Notes: generated by a model from the sequence alone, not told the origin. DNA of 64,000 nt from Pseudomonadota bacterium (GCA_039799905.1 JBDLRP010000013.1:1-64000); one strand, 5' to 3'; shown: positions 51,572 to 62,053, counted from the first letter of the stretch. Translations and numbers: made by a program.

Positions 51572-52168
51572 TTATGACACGGCTCTTGACGGTGGCGAAG
51601 GCGGAGATGGAACTTCATCCACAGCCGCTCTGCTCTGTGCAGGCGCATCGACCGGCACGCGGGTTTGTGCCTGCTGAATATCCGCGGCAGCCCTGCTCTG
51701 TGGAGGACGTCCGTTGTCGTCGTCGCCGGCATAGACAGCCGTGAGAACTTCTTTGAACGTCTCGACGCTGTCTTTCTTCGAGAAGATCGCGTCCGGCATG
51801 TGTCCGCCGGGAGAGCGAATCTCCGACATCACTTCAAGGTTGCCAATGGCGCTGACAAATATCACGACTGCAGTCGTCTTCAGCTCACGCAGATAGCCGA
51901 GAGTTTCGACTCCGTGCATGACAGGCATAATGACGTCGAGAGATATGACGTCAGGGCGAGTCTTGTCGGCCAGCGCCAGACATTCGAGCCCGTTCCCCGC
52001 TTCACCCACGACCTGCATTCCAATGCTTTCAAACATCTCGCTCAAGCGTCTGCGTTGTGAGGGGCTGTCGTCCACGACAATCACCCTGCGACCAACTAAA
52101 ATATTCTGCCTGTCGACACCCCGACTCGGCTGATTGCGGTCACTCTGTTGTGTCAATCGCACTGCCAT
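51572..52168 (-). CDS. Single receiver-domain response regulator with Pro/Ala-rich tail
   Basis: 'VVDDSP', 'GEAGNG', phospho-acceptor 'LDVIMPVMHG', 'VSA', conserved Lys. Confidence 0.9.
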   Translation of the reverse strand: MAVRLTQQSDRNQPSRGVDRQNILVGRRVIVVDDSPSQRRRLSEMFESIGMQVVGEAGNGLECLALADKTRPDVISLDVIMPVMHGVETLGYLRELKTTAVVIFVSAIGNLEVMSEIRSPGGHMPDAIFSKKDSVETFKEVLTAVYAGDDDNGRPPQSRAAADIQQAQTRVPVDAPAQSRAAVDEVPSPPSPPSRAVS

Positions 52169-52231
52169 GGACAGTCTCCTCCGAAATTCAACCGACGATC
52201 GGCCGCAGTTAGGGGAAACTTAAACGAATCT

Positions 52232-53038
52232 TTAAAAAACCTTGAGAATATAGATTGTTAAAAAAACCTCAGAAATGCACACCAAGGCTCCAAGCAGGTC
52301 GCCGTTGAGCGCCTCGGTGCGCTTCACCAGCCCCCATAAGAGCAGACATGACGACGCCAGCATCATGGCAATGCAGAGTAACAATTGACCGAAGTCATCC
52401 ACGGTCAGGCGCAACGGAAAAGTCGTCACGGTTGGAAAAAACGTCTCAACGACAAGACAACCCACCACGCCCGCCATAACGACGCCGAGCAAAATCAACA
52501 AAGCACGGCTGGCAGACACAGTCTGCATGACATGAGACGAACGTGCCGAATGCGATGTTTTCAACCAGGAGGAATAAAGCAACCCGAGACCAAGAGAAGT
52601 TGCGCGCGAAAGCAAACACACCACTGCAAACAGCGCGAGAGAAAGCTGAGCGTGAGAAACAATCAGAATCCGAAAGCCCCACAACAAAACCAGAGCGCTT
52701 ACGCCAAAAGTGCCAAGCCGGGGATCCTTGAACGTCGAATGAATCTTATCCAACGATTCCTGAGAATTAAATTTCGAAACGCCCAAGGAATCTGCAGTGT
52801 CTGCAAGTCCATCTTCATGAAAAAACCCCGTAAGCATGGACAGCCCGACGAACCCAGCAAAAGGAGCCCAATGCTGCATTTGACTCCCAAGAACTGCAAC
52901 ACTCAGAAATGCAAAAACCAAAAAAACGAAGGTCTGAAGAAGGGGACCGATGAACACTCCCAGAGGCCTGTATGCTTGGGCGTTCGCCACCGGCCAGCGA
53001 AAAAAGAAACTCCATCCAGAGAGAAAATAATCAATCAT
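52232..53038 (-). CDS. cobS: Adenosylcobinamide-GDP ribazoletransferase (cobalamin synthase)
   Basis: Polytopic membrane protein with 'TGFFHEDGLADTAD', 'KDPRLGTFG', 'NGDLLGA'. Confidence 0.9.
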   Translation of the reverse strand: MIDYFLSGWSFFFRWPVANAQAYRPLGVFIGPLLQTFVFLVFAFLSVAVLGSQMQHWAPFAGFVGLSMLTGFFHEDGLADTADSLGVSKFNSQESLDKIHSTFKDPRLGTFGVSALVLLWGFRILIVSHAQLSLALFAVVCLLSRATSLGLGLLYSSWLKTSHSARSSHVMQTVSASRALLILLGVVMAGVVGCLVVETFFPTVTTFPLRLTVDDFGQLLLCIAMMLASSCLLLWGLVKRTEALNGDLLGALVCISEVFLTIYILKVF

Positions 53039-53051
53039 GAAAACATGACTC

Positions 53052-54662
53052 TCAAATTTCGGGCTCAAAACGCGGACTGACAACCTCCGCCGAGACACGC
53101 TGCTGCACGAGTTTTGGATCGACCGGCTGTCCCGATTCGTCTTCCCGACCGACAAAAATTCTCCGGATGACGATCTCTTCATCGAGACGATTTACTAATT
53201 TGGAATGCGCCTCGATCGGCTCGAGATAACGCAAGCCATGCACATCCTTAACGACCACTTTAAGAGTATTGCGGGATTTTTTTTCACGCCCCTTGGGCGA
53301 GAAGCGGGTCAAGCTCGTGCTGCTCTCGATCATCTCGCTCGAAAATCCCTGCGCGCGCAAAAAACTGATAGTCGCGGGACACAGCGAGGGCGCGGCCTTC
53401 AATTGGTCGGACGGTATGCTCTCTTCATAAACGCGTTTCCACAACTTCCGCCCGTAGAGAAGATCATCAAGCAAGACGATCCCACGATTGTTGGAAGCCT
53501 GACTTTGCGACTGCGCAAAAGCAAAAAAGGACGAATCATCAAGGCGCAGAAAATCTTCGAGATGCAAAGGCAGAGAGAATCGGTTGAGATGCTTGTGGGC
53601 GGCCTCAAGCATGGCCTCGCAGGCGGTCGCCGTTTTATGAAAATAAACTTGCTGATACATACTCCAGCGTGCTCGCAAATAATCTTCAAATGCGGCGACA
53701 CCGCTGCGTCTGATGGCAAGATGAAAATGCGAGGTTGCAGGGTCTTTGTAAAAACACGCCGAATCAAGAATCCGACCAGCATCAAACAACCCATACACAA
53801 CACCGCATTCACGCGAGTCGCGCAGCAGATAATCCATCCGATCGACGTCGATCTCGCCGCTGACAACTTCGTGCAGCAAAGTCTGCAGACCACTCTGAAC
53901 TAGAACTCCACCCGCACAAGCGCTCACATCGAGATCCAAAACCGCACAGACGTCTTGACCCAAGCAGGCAGGCAGAAGTTCATCCTGCCCGGAAAAAATC
54001 CGAGCGACGATCATGAGAGTATAAATCTCATGCCGGACCCTGGTGTCCATAGCATGAAGACTCTTGGCCTTTTGCCGCTCAATTTTGGCACTGAGCGCCT
54101 GAAACAAGTAGTCGGGAAGCGACAATGAGCCGAGGCTTTGCTCTAGCTCACGCCATGTCGGCATGAAGCGCTCAAGGCTGTGACTGAATGGTGCGTGTCC
54201 AACGTCATGCAGCAAAGCCGCGAGTCGCAACACCTGCGCCACTTCCGATCGCTTCAACCAGCCGAGCGCATCCAGTGTTGCCGAGAGACTGCCGTGATGG
54301 AGTTCGGTCATGACGTGAGATTTCTGCACTGTCAGGGGAAGCTGGCTCAATGACTGAGTCAGTGCGTCGAGAATACGCTGTTGATTTGCAATGAGTGAAT
54401 TCAAAAGCACGCCGGCCATATGCATGACACCAAGAGCGTGTACAAAACGGGTGTGCGTTGCACCTGGAAAAACATATTTGATGAATGCGGTTTGCTGTAT
54501 ACGACGCATCCGTTGAAATTCGCGGGTATCGATAACTTGTTTTTCGATGGCCGTGAAAGAAATTGTATCGTGCAACGGATCGCGGACTTTCCCGATGAAC
54601 GTCAGCGGATCGAAAGTTGTAGTCATTGCAATCATAAGATCAGCCCCCCGCACATTTGTCAT
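53052..54662 (-). CDS. HD-domain phosphohydrolase, SAMHD1/dNTP triphosphohydrolase-like
   Basis: 'RDPLH', 'FQRMRRIQQ', 'PGATHTRFVHALG', 'LLHDVGHAPFSH', 'DVDRMDYLLRDS', 'MYQQVYFHK'. Confidence 0.92.
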   Translation of the reverse strand: MTNVRGADLMIAMTTTFDPLTFIGKVRDPLHDTISFTAIEKQVIDTREFQRMRRIQQTAFIKYVFPGATHTRFVHALGVMHMAGVLLNSLIANQQRILDALTQSLSQLPLTVQKSHVMTELHHGSLSATLDALGWLKRSEVAQVLRLAALLHDVGHAPFSHSLERFMPTWRELEQSLGSLSLPDYLFQALSAKIERQKAKSLHAMDTRVRHEIYTLMIVARIFSGQDELLPACLGQDVCAVLDLDVSACAGGVLVQSGLQTLLHEVVSGEIDVDRMDYLLRDSRECGVVYGLFDAGRILDSACFYKDPATSHFHLAIRRSGVAAFEDYLRARWSMYQQVYFHKTATACEAMLEAAHKHLNRFSLPLHLEDFLRLDDSSFFAFAQSQSQASNNRGIVLLDDLLYGRKLWKRVYEESIPSDQLKAAPSLCPATISFLRAQGFSSEMIESSTSLTRFSPKGREKKSRNTLKVVVKDVHGLRYLEPIEAHSKLVNRLDEEIVIRRIFVGREDESGQPVDPKLVQQRVSAEVVSPRFEPEI

Positions 54663-55036
54663 TTTCAGCTGCGATAAAATGACAATTCAGACAAACAGCG
54701 AATGGTGGGATGTTCCAAAGCAGGCTGACGGGCAAGGGCTTTTCCGCGCGTGCCTCACGGATCAGCAAATTTGATTGACAGAGTCTTTCTAAACGTGTTA
54801 CCCAACCCTTTACCTTTGCGAAAGGGGCTTCCTTACTTTCGGTACATCTTTACAGTAATATCAGACAGTTGAGTGAAAATTACCTGCCTTTGCAGCGCAG
54901 GTTGGATAGCCCTCGGTCGATTGTAGAGAATGCGAAAACTCAGGAACCCGATGGCAGAGGTTTTGCTAAACGGAACTCGGAAGGGCAGGTGCCCAACCAA
55001 TGTACCGTGAACCACTTCTCCCGGAGGGCTAGAGAA

Positions 55037-55537
55037 ATGAGTTCAGAACGCGTGATGTTTGGAGTCGGCGAAAAGGCGGTTTACCCCTGCCATGGCGTCG
55101 GAACCATCGAGAATATTGAGAGTTGTGAGATTGCCGGCACGAAGCAGGACTTCTACGTTCTGAAGATTCATGCCACGGGCGCCAAGGTGATGGTGCCGAC
55201 GCGAGCCGCTCAAACCGTCGGTCTGCGGGCCGTGATTTCGCCCCGTGAAGTCGAAAAAATTTATGACATTCTTAAGTCACCGTCGAAAAAATCGACAGCC
55301 ACTTGGAACCGTCGCTTCCGCGCACTCAATGAAAAGCTTAATACCGGCAACCTCGTTGAAATTGCCGAAGTGCTGCGCGACCTGTCCAGCCTTCGCCATG
55401 ACAAAGACCTTTCTTTCGGTGAAAAGAAAATGCTCGAGCGCGCAAGGGCAATGATTGTATCGGAAATTTCAGCAGCCAAGAATCTCGATCGCTGCTCGGT
55501 TGAAACGGAGCTCAATCACATTCTTCTTCCTGTCTGA
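55037..55537 (+). CDS. carD: CarD/CdnL-family RNA polymerase-binding regulator
   Basis: 'FGVGEKAVYPCHGVGTI', 'VMVPT', 'GLR', 'TWNRRFR', 'IAEVLRDL', 'LSFGEKKML'. Confidence 0.95.
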   Translation: MSSERVMFGVGEKAVYPCHGVGTIENIESCEIAGTKQDFYVLKIHATGAKVMVPTRAAQTVGLRAVISPREVEKIYDILKSPSKKSTATWNRRFRALNEKLNTGNLVEIAEVLRDLSSLRHDKDLSFGEKKMLERARAMIVSEISAAKNLDRCSVETELNHILLPV

Positions 55538-55555
55538 ACACTTTGGAATCCAGTC

Positions 55556-55590
55556 AAAAAACCACCACGGCGCCTGTGGTGGTTTTTTTT
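55556..55590 (+). terminator. Intrinsic (possibly bidirectional) terminator after carD
   Basis: AAAAAACCACCAC...GTGGTGGTTTTTTTT. Confidence 0.88.
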
Positions 55591-55642
55591 ATGTCAGCAC
55601 AATCGCTATCCTGAAAACATAACCCTCGTTTTCTGGAGTCAC

Positions 55643-56767
55643 ATGCTGACGCATCAAACACGCCATATGTCGCGCGCGCTCGCGGCATTGACACTCTTTC
55701 TGATGGTCGCATGTAAAAAGAATCAACCTGAAGTCAGCGAAGCTCAGGGAAATGGACCTCTCAGCAATTACGCGTCAAAAATTGCAAGGGCGACTTTTCA
55801 AATCCGCGACGGCGGCTTTGGACCGCGCTGTGATCTGTCCACCACTGACGCGCGCGGTCTGCCGCTCAATTGCAAATCTTTTCCTGTCTGCACAGGAACT
55901 CTGGTCAACGACTCGCGGCTTCACAATTTACCTGTCGGAATAAGCGCGGCGCACTGTTCTGCAGATGGAGAAAATATTTTTGCTTTTTTTCCGGCTCAAA
56001 AAAAGTCGATTCGGGTTGGAAAATTTTTTCCGCATCCCAAATTTTCTTCGAGCAGGTTCTGGTTTCATGAGCATCTGAGCCATCTGATCGGAAATGCGCC
56101 ACGAACTGAAAATGCGATGAATTTTGATATCGCTCTGCTCAAATTCGAAACGCAAGACACGCGCGGACTCGAAAGCGTCGCCATCAGAAAATCTTTGCCA
56201 AAACTTCCGGATCTCGCCTCCCCGGCCAGAGAAAAACAGTACACAGACTTACGCAATATGCGGCAAGGAATCGTGCAAACTCATCTTGTGATGTCGCTGC
56301 AGACCTATGATCCATTCCCAAAGATCACCGTGCTCGGATTTGGTGTCGACAGCCTGGTCTGGAATTCGCAAATTCGCCGCACAAACTACCCCAAGGAAAT
56401 CTGCGAGGCTTTCTCGCAAAACAGCGGCAGCCGCGTGCGCTATATCTGGAACGAGACTCTGGGATGCACGGTCCTCTCTGAATCCGATGCTGTGGTCAAA
56501 GGCCCCGGTCCGGATGGTTACTTGCGCGAAAATTCCGGCAGGCTCGCTGCGCTCAGTGCGGAGCTGGCAACGGCTGTTTTCGTGCCACCCTCGGCTCAAC
56601 CAAAAAACAGTCCCTGTCTGGGTGATTCCGGCGGACCGCTTGTGCTGAGCGGTGAATCGGACATCGTTGCAGTTGTGAACGGCGGCCCCGGATTATGTGC
56701 AGGAACGATTTCAAGCTACACGCTCATCATTCCCCACCTGAACGAACTCAAAAATCTCCTCCGCTGA
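55643..56767 (+). CDS. Trypsin-like serine protease, lipoprotein
   Basis: Lipobox 'MVAC'; catalytic triad motifs 'SAAHC', 'DIALL', 'CLGDSGGPL'. Confidence 0.9.
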   Translation: MLTHQTRHMSRALAALTLFLMVACKKNQPEVSEAQGNGPLSNYASKIARATFQIRDGGFGPRCDLSTTDARGLPLNCKSFPVCTGTLVNDSRLHNLPVGISAAHCSADGENIFAFFPAQKKSIRVGKFFPHPKFSSSRFWFHEHLSHLIGNAPRTENAMNFDIALLKFETQDTRGLESVAIRKSLPKLPDLASPAREKQYTDLRNMRQGIVQTHLVMSLQTYDPFPKITVLGFGVDSLVWNSQIRRTNYPKEICEAFSQNSGSRVRYIWNETLGCTVLSESDAVVKGPGPDGYLRENSGRLAALSAELATAVFVPPSAQPKNSPCLGDSGGPLVLSGESDIVAVVNGGPGLCAGTISSYTLIIPHLNELKNLLR

Positions 56768-56800
56768 TGTCAGACAATCTTCACTTCAGCGGAAATTCAG

Positions 56801-57910
56801 TCAGTCGTCCACCTCGGTTAGAAACTGGCGGCTAAATTGATCGAACGTTCCCGCACTGATTTCCGACCTGCATCGCTCCATCAGCCGCTCGTAAAACCAA
56901 GTGTTGTGATAGCTGACAAGCCGCCAGCCCGTGGGCTCATCACACTTGATCAGTTGGTGCAGATAGGCGCGTGAATATCGCCGGCAAACAAAACATTCAC
57001 ACTGTGAATCAATCGGCTCGGCGGATGTGGCGAGTGCGGCACGCCTCAACTTAACTTTTCCGGAAAAGGTGTAGGCGACACCCTGACGCGCATGATTGGT
57101 TGGAATGATGCAATCAAACATATCAATGCCGGCCCTGATACTTCTGACCAAGTCGTGCGGCGTGCCGACGCCCATCAGGTAACGCGGCTTTGTGGCAGGC
57201 AATTGCCGTGCGGTGAAGGCTGTAAAATGCTCGCGCTCCTCGTCGGTTTCCCCGACTGCCAGTCCACCAATGGCATATCCCGGAAAATCCAACTCGCTGA
57301 GTGCTGCGGCACTCTCACTGCGCAGATCTTCAAAAATCGCACCCTGCACAATTCCGAACAGCGCATTTTCATGATTGCGCTGGGCATTTTTGCATCTGCG
57401 CGCCCAGCGGTGTGTCCGCTCCATTGCCCGTGCGGCGATATCGCGCGGGCTTGTCGACGGAACGCAAACATCCAATACCATCATGATGTCTGAGCCAATG
57501 GTTTCCTGAAATGCAATATTGCTTTCCGGACTGAAAAAACGTGCTGCCTGATCGAGATAACTTCGGAACTCAACGCCTTCTTCGGAAATCACACGTTGGT
57601 GGGGAAGTGAAAAAATTTGAAAGCCGCCACTGTCCGTTAGTATAGGTCTGTCCCAGTGAATCAGCCGGTGATAGCCTCCGCGCTGCTTGAGAATTTCAGC
57701 GCCCGGCCGCAGATATAAATGATAAGTATTGCCCAAAATGATCTGCACGCCTGCCGACTCGAGATCGGCATGATCGAGAGCGCGCACAGCCCCAAAGGTT
57801 CCTACCGACATAAAGACGGGGGTTTGGATTGTGCCATGCTCGGTCGTCACAACACCGCGGCGGGCCGCCGTTTGTTTATCGACCGACAAAAGTTGAAATG
57901 AAAAAGCCAC
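56801..57910 (-). CDS. tgt: Queuine tRNA-ribosyltransferase
   Basis: 'NTYHLYLRPG', 'LTDSGGFQ', 'FGIVQG', 'AIGGLAVGE', 'PRYLMGVG', 'DMFDC', CxCxxC zinc site. Confidence 0.97.
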   Translation of the reverse strand: MAFSFQLLSVDKQTAARRGVVTTEHGTIQTPVFMSVGTFGAVRALDHADLESAGVQIILGNTYHLYLRPGAEILKQRGGYHRLIHWDRPILTDSGGFQIFSLPHQRVISEEGVEFRSYLDQAARFFSPESNIAFQETIGSDIMMVLDVCVPSTSPRDIAARAMERTHRWARRCKNAQRNHENALFGIVQGAIFEDLRSESAAALSELDFPGYAIGGLAVGETDEEREHFTAFTARQLPATKPRYLMGVGTPHDLVRSIRAGIDMFDCIIPTNHARQGVAYTFSGKVKLRRAALATSAEPIDSQCECFVCRRYSRAYLHQLIKCDEPTGWRLVSYHNTWFYERLMERCRSEISAGTFDQFSRQFLTEVDD

Positions 57911-57988
57911 AGGAGCGGCTCCCCGAGTTGAGAGTCAACGAATGGATGTCAGCAGGATCTGTTGACGGCAAGAAAACAAAACCCGTTG

Positions 57989-59275
57989 TCAGTCCTGGCA
58001 ACAGGTGGTCTGACCCGAGGCTTGTAGCGACAACGACTCCATCCGCGCAAGCACACTGCGACGGAATTCATATTTGACCGCTGCCTTCAGTCCGGGGAAA
58101 AATTCACGCCAGTATTTGTCGGCAAAGCGTGGGTTGGTGCTGGAAAGCTCCAGAGTAACTGTCGGAACCTGCCGCTCGTTCCCGGCAAAATTACCCAGTG
58201 AACCAGGGTAAAACGAGAAATCGAGGACGCGATAGTTATTTGAATTTCTGGATACTACGTAGGCCAAATCGCGGGCCTTTTTTTCAAACATCGACAAATT
58301 CTGACGCTTGTTGTCGCCAGGACCGTCGTAGTCAAGAAAACCGAGTGGAGCATGAATGGAGACCACTTTGTCTGGGGTAAATCGGCCCATCAGGTCGACC
58401 TGAAATTTGGTTCCCTGCTCTGTGTCGGGGGCCGCACCCGGAAAATGTCTCGGATCGGACTTTCGCCGCTGCTTCCACCAACCAACGGCCGATGTCCACC
58501 AGTCGCGGGTCGCAAAGTTTCTGTTCAAGTCGACACCATTGGCATTCGTTCTGCGCGCTGGGAACATGAAAAAACCATCTGGATTAACCAAGGGCGCGAC
58601 GACAACACGGTGTTGCGCAAATAGCGCTGTGTCATTGCGCAGCGCGTTTGCAAAGCGAAAGGCAAGGTTGATGGGAGTCAGTTCGTCCGGATGGACGCCA
58701 CCCAAAACAAGGGTGCTCTCATCGGGGGGTAATTCCCCGTTGCCCCAAGTCAGACCCGAGTAGTCCCAATAAATAAGGGGATAACCCTGCTCAGAAACCC
58801 GATCGTAGGTCCACGGAAGGTTGGAGCAGGGGCTTCGGCCCCAGCCCAAAGTGCGATAACGTGAGTCAATTTTGTCACAAAGTTCGGCGATGCGCTGATT
58901 TTTTCTAACTGCATCCGCAGAACCAATCGCATCAAAGACCGACATCCCAGCCACGCCGTCCAGACCAAACAAACGCCGGCTAAGATAATGGAATTCACTG
59001 ACAACCGAGCGATCTGCTGATTTGCTGATGACTGACAGCGGAGCAGAGTGGATTGAACCCGAACGGAGTTCGTCCGAATTCGCCTGCGCGGAGCCGTTGC
59101 CGCACAATGCCGCTGCCACCGCCACTATCGACACCAATAGTCTTTTTGAATTGTTAACCAATTCTGCGCTTTTCAAGCGACGACCCCGTTCGGTTAATTT
59201 GTTGTCATGCAGGAGGGCTCCTACCATCGAACGCTGGGATTGTAACCCTGTTCGGTGACAGACCTCAATTTGCAT
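57989..59275 (-). CDS. M14-family zinc carboxypeptidase / murein peptide amidase (MpaA-like), exported
   Basis: 'GGVHPDE' (HxxE), 'NPDG', 'RRTNANGVDLNRNF', 'SIHAP', 'YPGSLG', 'TLEL'; AGGAG SD before ATG 59275. Confidence 0.88.
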   Translation of the reverse strand: MQIEVCHRTGLQSQRSMVGALLHDNKLTERGRRLKSAELVNNSKRLLVSIVAVAAALCGNGSAQANSDELRSGSIHSAPLSVISKSADRSVVSEFHYLSRRLFGLDGVAGMSVFDAIGSADAVRKNQRIAELCDKIDSRYRTLGWGRSPCSNLPWTYDRVSEQGYPLIYWDYSGLTWGNGELPPDESTLVLGGVHPDELTPINLAFRFANALRNDTALFAQHRVVVAPLVNPDGFFMFPARRTNANGVDLNRNFATRDWWTSAVGWWKQRRKSDPRHFPGAAPDTEQGTKFQVDLMGRFTPDKVVSIHAPLGFLDYDGPGDNKRQNLSMFEKKARDLAYVVSRNSNNYRVLDFSFYPGSLGNFAGNERQVPTVTLELSSTNPRFADKYWREFFPGLKAAVKYEFRRSVLARMESLSLQASGQTTCCQD

Positions 59276-59513
59276 GAAATTCTCCTTTTCACCCGCCCAA
59301 AGGACCAGTAGTCTCGCGCTGCGACCAGTCGCACTGCCGACACCAAACGGAATGCCCTGAGCTTCGCACGGGTGTCTCGATTCCATCATGCACCCGTGGG
59401 AGATTCAAGCGTGTGGCGTCAAGGCTGAGCACAGCAGCAACAGTCACTTGATTTGTCGGATTTTTACAGCTTTTCTGCAGGGGAAAATTCTGCCGCGGAT
59501 AAAGGGGGAATGA

Positions 59514-59765
59514 ATGTCCAATCTCAGCAACGGTTCACAGCGCCAGGCGATTCAACGATTTATTGATGAAAAAATTGCACCCGGTGTTCAGTCGCACGGC
59601 GGCGATGTTCTCATTGAAGGTTTGGAAAGCGGGATTCTGACCATCAGCCTTTCTGGAGCTTGCGGCAGCTGCAGTGTGCAGGCCTACACTTCAGAATCGA
59701 TAGCCAACTACATCCTGGAAGAATTTCCGGACCTTGACGACGTGATTGTCCGTGACCCAACATAA
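59514..59765 (+). CDS. NifU/NfuA C-terminal domain protein
   Basis: 'I.P.VQSHGGDV...LSGACGSC'. Confidence 0.9.
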   Translation: MSNLSNGSQRQAIQRFIDEKIAPGVQSHGGDVLIEGLESGILTISLSGACGSCSVQAYTSESIANYILEEFPDLDDVIVRDPT

Positions 59766-59813
59766 GGGGCGCTCTGCACGCTGCAGGATGCGCAACACGG
59801 GCGAGGCAGGCAA

Positions 59814-61448
59814 GTGAACGCTTTCATTCAAATCCTTGAACAGTTGCTGGCCGCCGTTCCAGCAAACAACTGGACGACCCAGCGCTTTTACCCATTCGCT
59901 CTGCCTCCTACGGCACCCGTCGAACTCTTTGATGCCTGTGTTTTTCAACAGGATGCCAATGGAGCTCTCGGCATGGGCTGGCTGAGGTGCCCGGGATTTG
60001 AGGAACTGCTGACTTTCCCATTCCGCATTGCCCGTTACAGTCAGGATGGCGACCTCATCTCTCTGCCACCGTGGAGCCTGCGCGAGGCGACTTCGGATGC
60101 CCTCTTTTATTCAAACTGGAAACACGCGGCACAAACCGCGGTCAGACTGCCAACGGTGCGTGGTGGAGCTCTGCAGTGCACTCAGTTCGGTGCCAAATCG
60201 AGCTTCAACATCATCAACCTTTGGACCGACAACAAAAACGCCTGCACGCGAGTCGAAACTCAGCACCTTTGTAAAATCTTCCGCGTCGTTTCGCCCGGCC
60301 AGCCGTTCTCTGTTGAGGCCGAGATTCTTGAGTACCTCAATGCTCAAAACCATTTCCTGCAACATCCCGAACTGACGACCCGCTATGACCTCCATCCCGC
60401 CAACTCCGACGGTCCCGGCCTTCCGGTTGCCATCGTCACACGATACATCCAAAGCAATGCGAAGCTGTGGCAGGAACTGACAGTCAGGATTCAACATGCG
60501 CGGTATCCAGAGCCGATGCGCGAACGCTCATCACGCGCCTCTTGGTATTCCATCGTAGAAATCGTCGGAAAACTCGGCCGACTCCTTGGCGAATTTCATA
60601 TCGCGATGACCAACAGCCGCAAGAACAAGTTACTCAATCCTGTGACTAATCAAGGTGAGGCAAAGGAAAAATGGCTTGAGTGCCTGCTGCACAAACTTCA
60701 CGAACGTATCTATTTTGTCCGCAACCATATCCCTGCGCACAGCATTTCACCTCAGGACAGCGCAAAGCTGACTGGATTCGCGCAGACGCTTTTTGACCGT
60801 GTCAAACAAAGCGAACACCTCGGACTGCTCATCCGTATTCACGGGCACGCGCACCTGGGACAAGTTCTCCTCGGGGACGAGGGGTTGTTTCTGGTCAATT
60901 ACGAAACCGATGTTCTTGATGACGAAGACTATCGCCTGCAAAAACAGAGCTGCCTGAAAGATTTGGCCTCGATGATCGTCAGCCTGCAATTTGCCTGGTT
61001 CACAACAGAGCGCAGTCAGGACATGCCGGTCTTCAGCGAAATACTCGCGCCCGACAGCGACTACGGACGGCACGTCTTTAAAAACCTTGAAAACTTTGCA
61101 ATCCCGCAACGCTATCAACCGACACTGCAGGAACTTGAAAATACGCTTTCACGCTCTTACCTGCAGACCATTGCCGAGGATCCGGCGAGTCTCGAGCTGT
61201 TACCCGATAAGAGGTCTGATCTGGAAAACCTCTATGACTTTTGTTTTCTGATGAGAATTCTGAAAGAAACCCTGCGCGACCTCAAGCAACAGAACCCACG
61301 CTATAAAACCGGTCTCCGTATTTTACTGGATCTCGTGGACGGGCGTCAGCTGCGGCCAAATTTTGAGGCCTTCTTTAACTCGCCTGCCCGCTCGGGCTCG
61401 TCACCCGCCTTTGAAACACCTTACGGAACGGACTCAGACTTCTCATAA
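59814..61448 (+). CDS. Maltokinase/Pep2-like (APH-fold) protein, catalytic motifs altered
   Basis: 'KIFR', 'E.EILEYL', 'LGR.LGEFH', 'IRIHGHAHLGQVL', 'K.S.LKDLASM..SL' align with maltokinase motifs. Confidence 0.75.
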   Translation: MNAFIQILEQLLAAVPANNWTTQRFYPFALPPTAPVELFDACVFQQDANGALGMGWLRCPGFEELLTFPFRIARYSQDGDLISLPPWSLREATSDALFYSNWKHAAQTAVRLPTVRGGALQCTQFGAKSSFNIINLWTDNKNACTRVETQHLCKIFRVVSPGQPFSVEAEILEYLNAQNHFLQHPELTTRYDLHPANSDGPGLPVAIVTRYIQSNAKLWQELTVRIQHARYPEPMRERSSRASWYSIVEIVGKLGRLLGEFHIAMTNSRKNKLLNPVTNQGEAKEKWLECLLHKLHERIYFVRNHIPAHSISPQDSAKLTGFAQTLFDRVKQSEHLGLLIRIHGHAHLGQVLLGDEGLFLVNYETDVLDDEDYRLQKQSCLKDLASMIVSLQFAWFTTERSQDMPVFSEILAPDSDYGRHVFKNLENFAIPQRYQPTLQELENTLSRSYLQTIAEDPASLELLPDKRSDLENLYDFCFLMRILKETLRDLKQQNPRYKTGLRILLDLVDGRQLRPNFEAFFNSPARSGSSPAFETPYGTDSDFS

Positions 61449-61585
61449 AATTGCGCCGCTGCAAGCGCTGCAGCGATATTGTGACGGCTCAATATTTGAC
61501 ACGGAAAGGTGCTTTGACAATACTGCGGCTCACTTGGCGGCCAGGTATTCGCGCTTGGATCGGCTTTTTATGAAAGGAATGCAGC

Positions 61586-62011
61586 ATGGAATTGACCTTC
61601 TCGATCATCAAACCGGATGGCGTGCGTCGTAATCTCGTTGGTAAAATCTTCAACATGATGGAAACCGCCGGATTGCGCATCGTCGCAACTAAAATGATCC
61701 ACATGTCCCGCCGTGAGGCTGAACAGTTTTACGCAGTGCACAAAGAGCGTCCCTTTTTTGGCGAACTGTGCGACTTTATGTGCTCCGGACCAGTTGTCGT
61801 GTCGGCCCTTGAAGCTCCGAACGCAGTGCTTAAATACCGCGACCTGATGGGCGCAACAGATCCCAAGAAGGCCGCCAAAGGCACGATCCGCGCTGAATTT
61901 TCCGAAAGCATCGGCGAAAACACAGTGCATGGTTCGGACTCCAACGAAAACGCAGCCATTGAGTTGGCCTTCTTCTTTGCCGGCACAGAGCTTGTCAATC
62001 GCGCCCGCTAA
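61586..62011 (+). CDS. ndk: Nucleoside diphosphate kinase
   Basis: '[10 protein letters not shown]', '[11 protein letters not shown]', 'GTIRA', 'NTVHGSDS'. Confidence 0.99.
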   Translation: MELTFSIIKPDGVRRNLVGKIFNMMETAGLRIVATKMIHMSRREAEQFYAVHKERPFFGELCDFMCSGPVVVSALEAPNAVLKYRDLMGATDPKKAAKGTIRAEFSESIGENTVHGSDSNENAAIELAFFFAGTELVNRAR

Positions 62012-62053
62012 CGTACACTCCTATGCTGCGGCACCTTCCGCAGCCGGGTGATG

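Noticed and set aside
53052..54662. HD dNTPase as an anti-phage defence gene
   Set aside because: Housekeeping context (cobS, carD), host-like composition and no neighbouring defence or mobility genes.
54869..55036. 56-aa N-terminal extension of CarD
   Set aside because: CarD homology begins at 'MSSERVMFGVG', with GGAGG upstream of ATG 55037; the extension is not protein-like.
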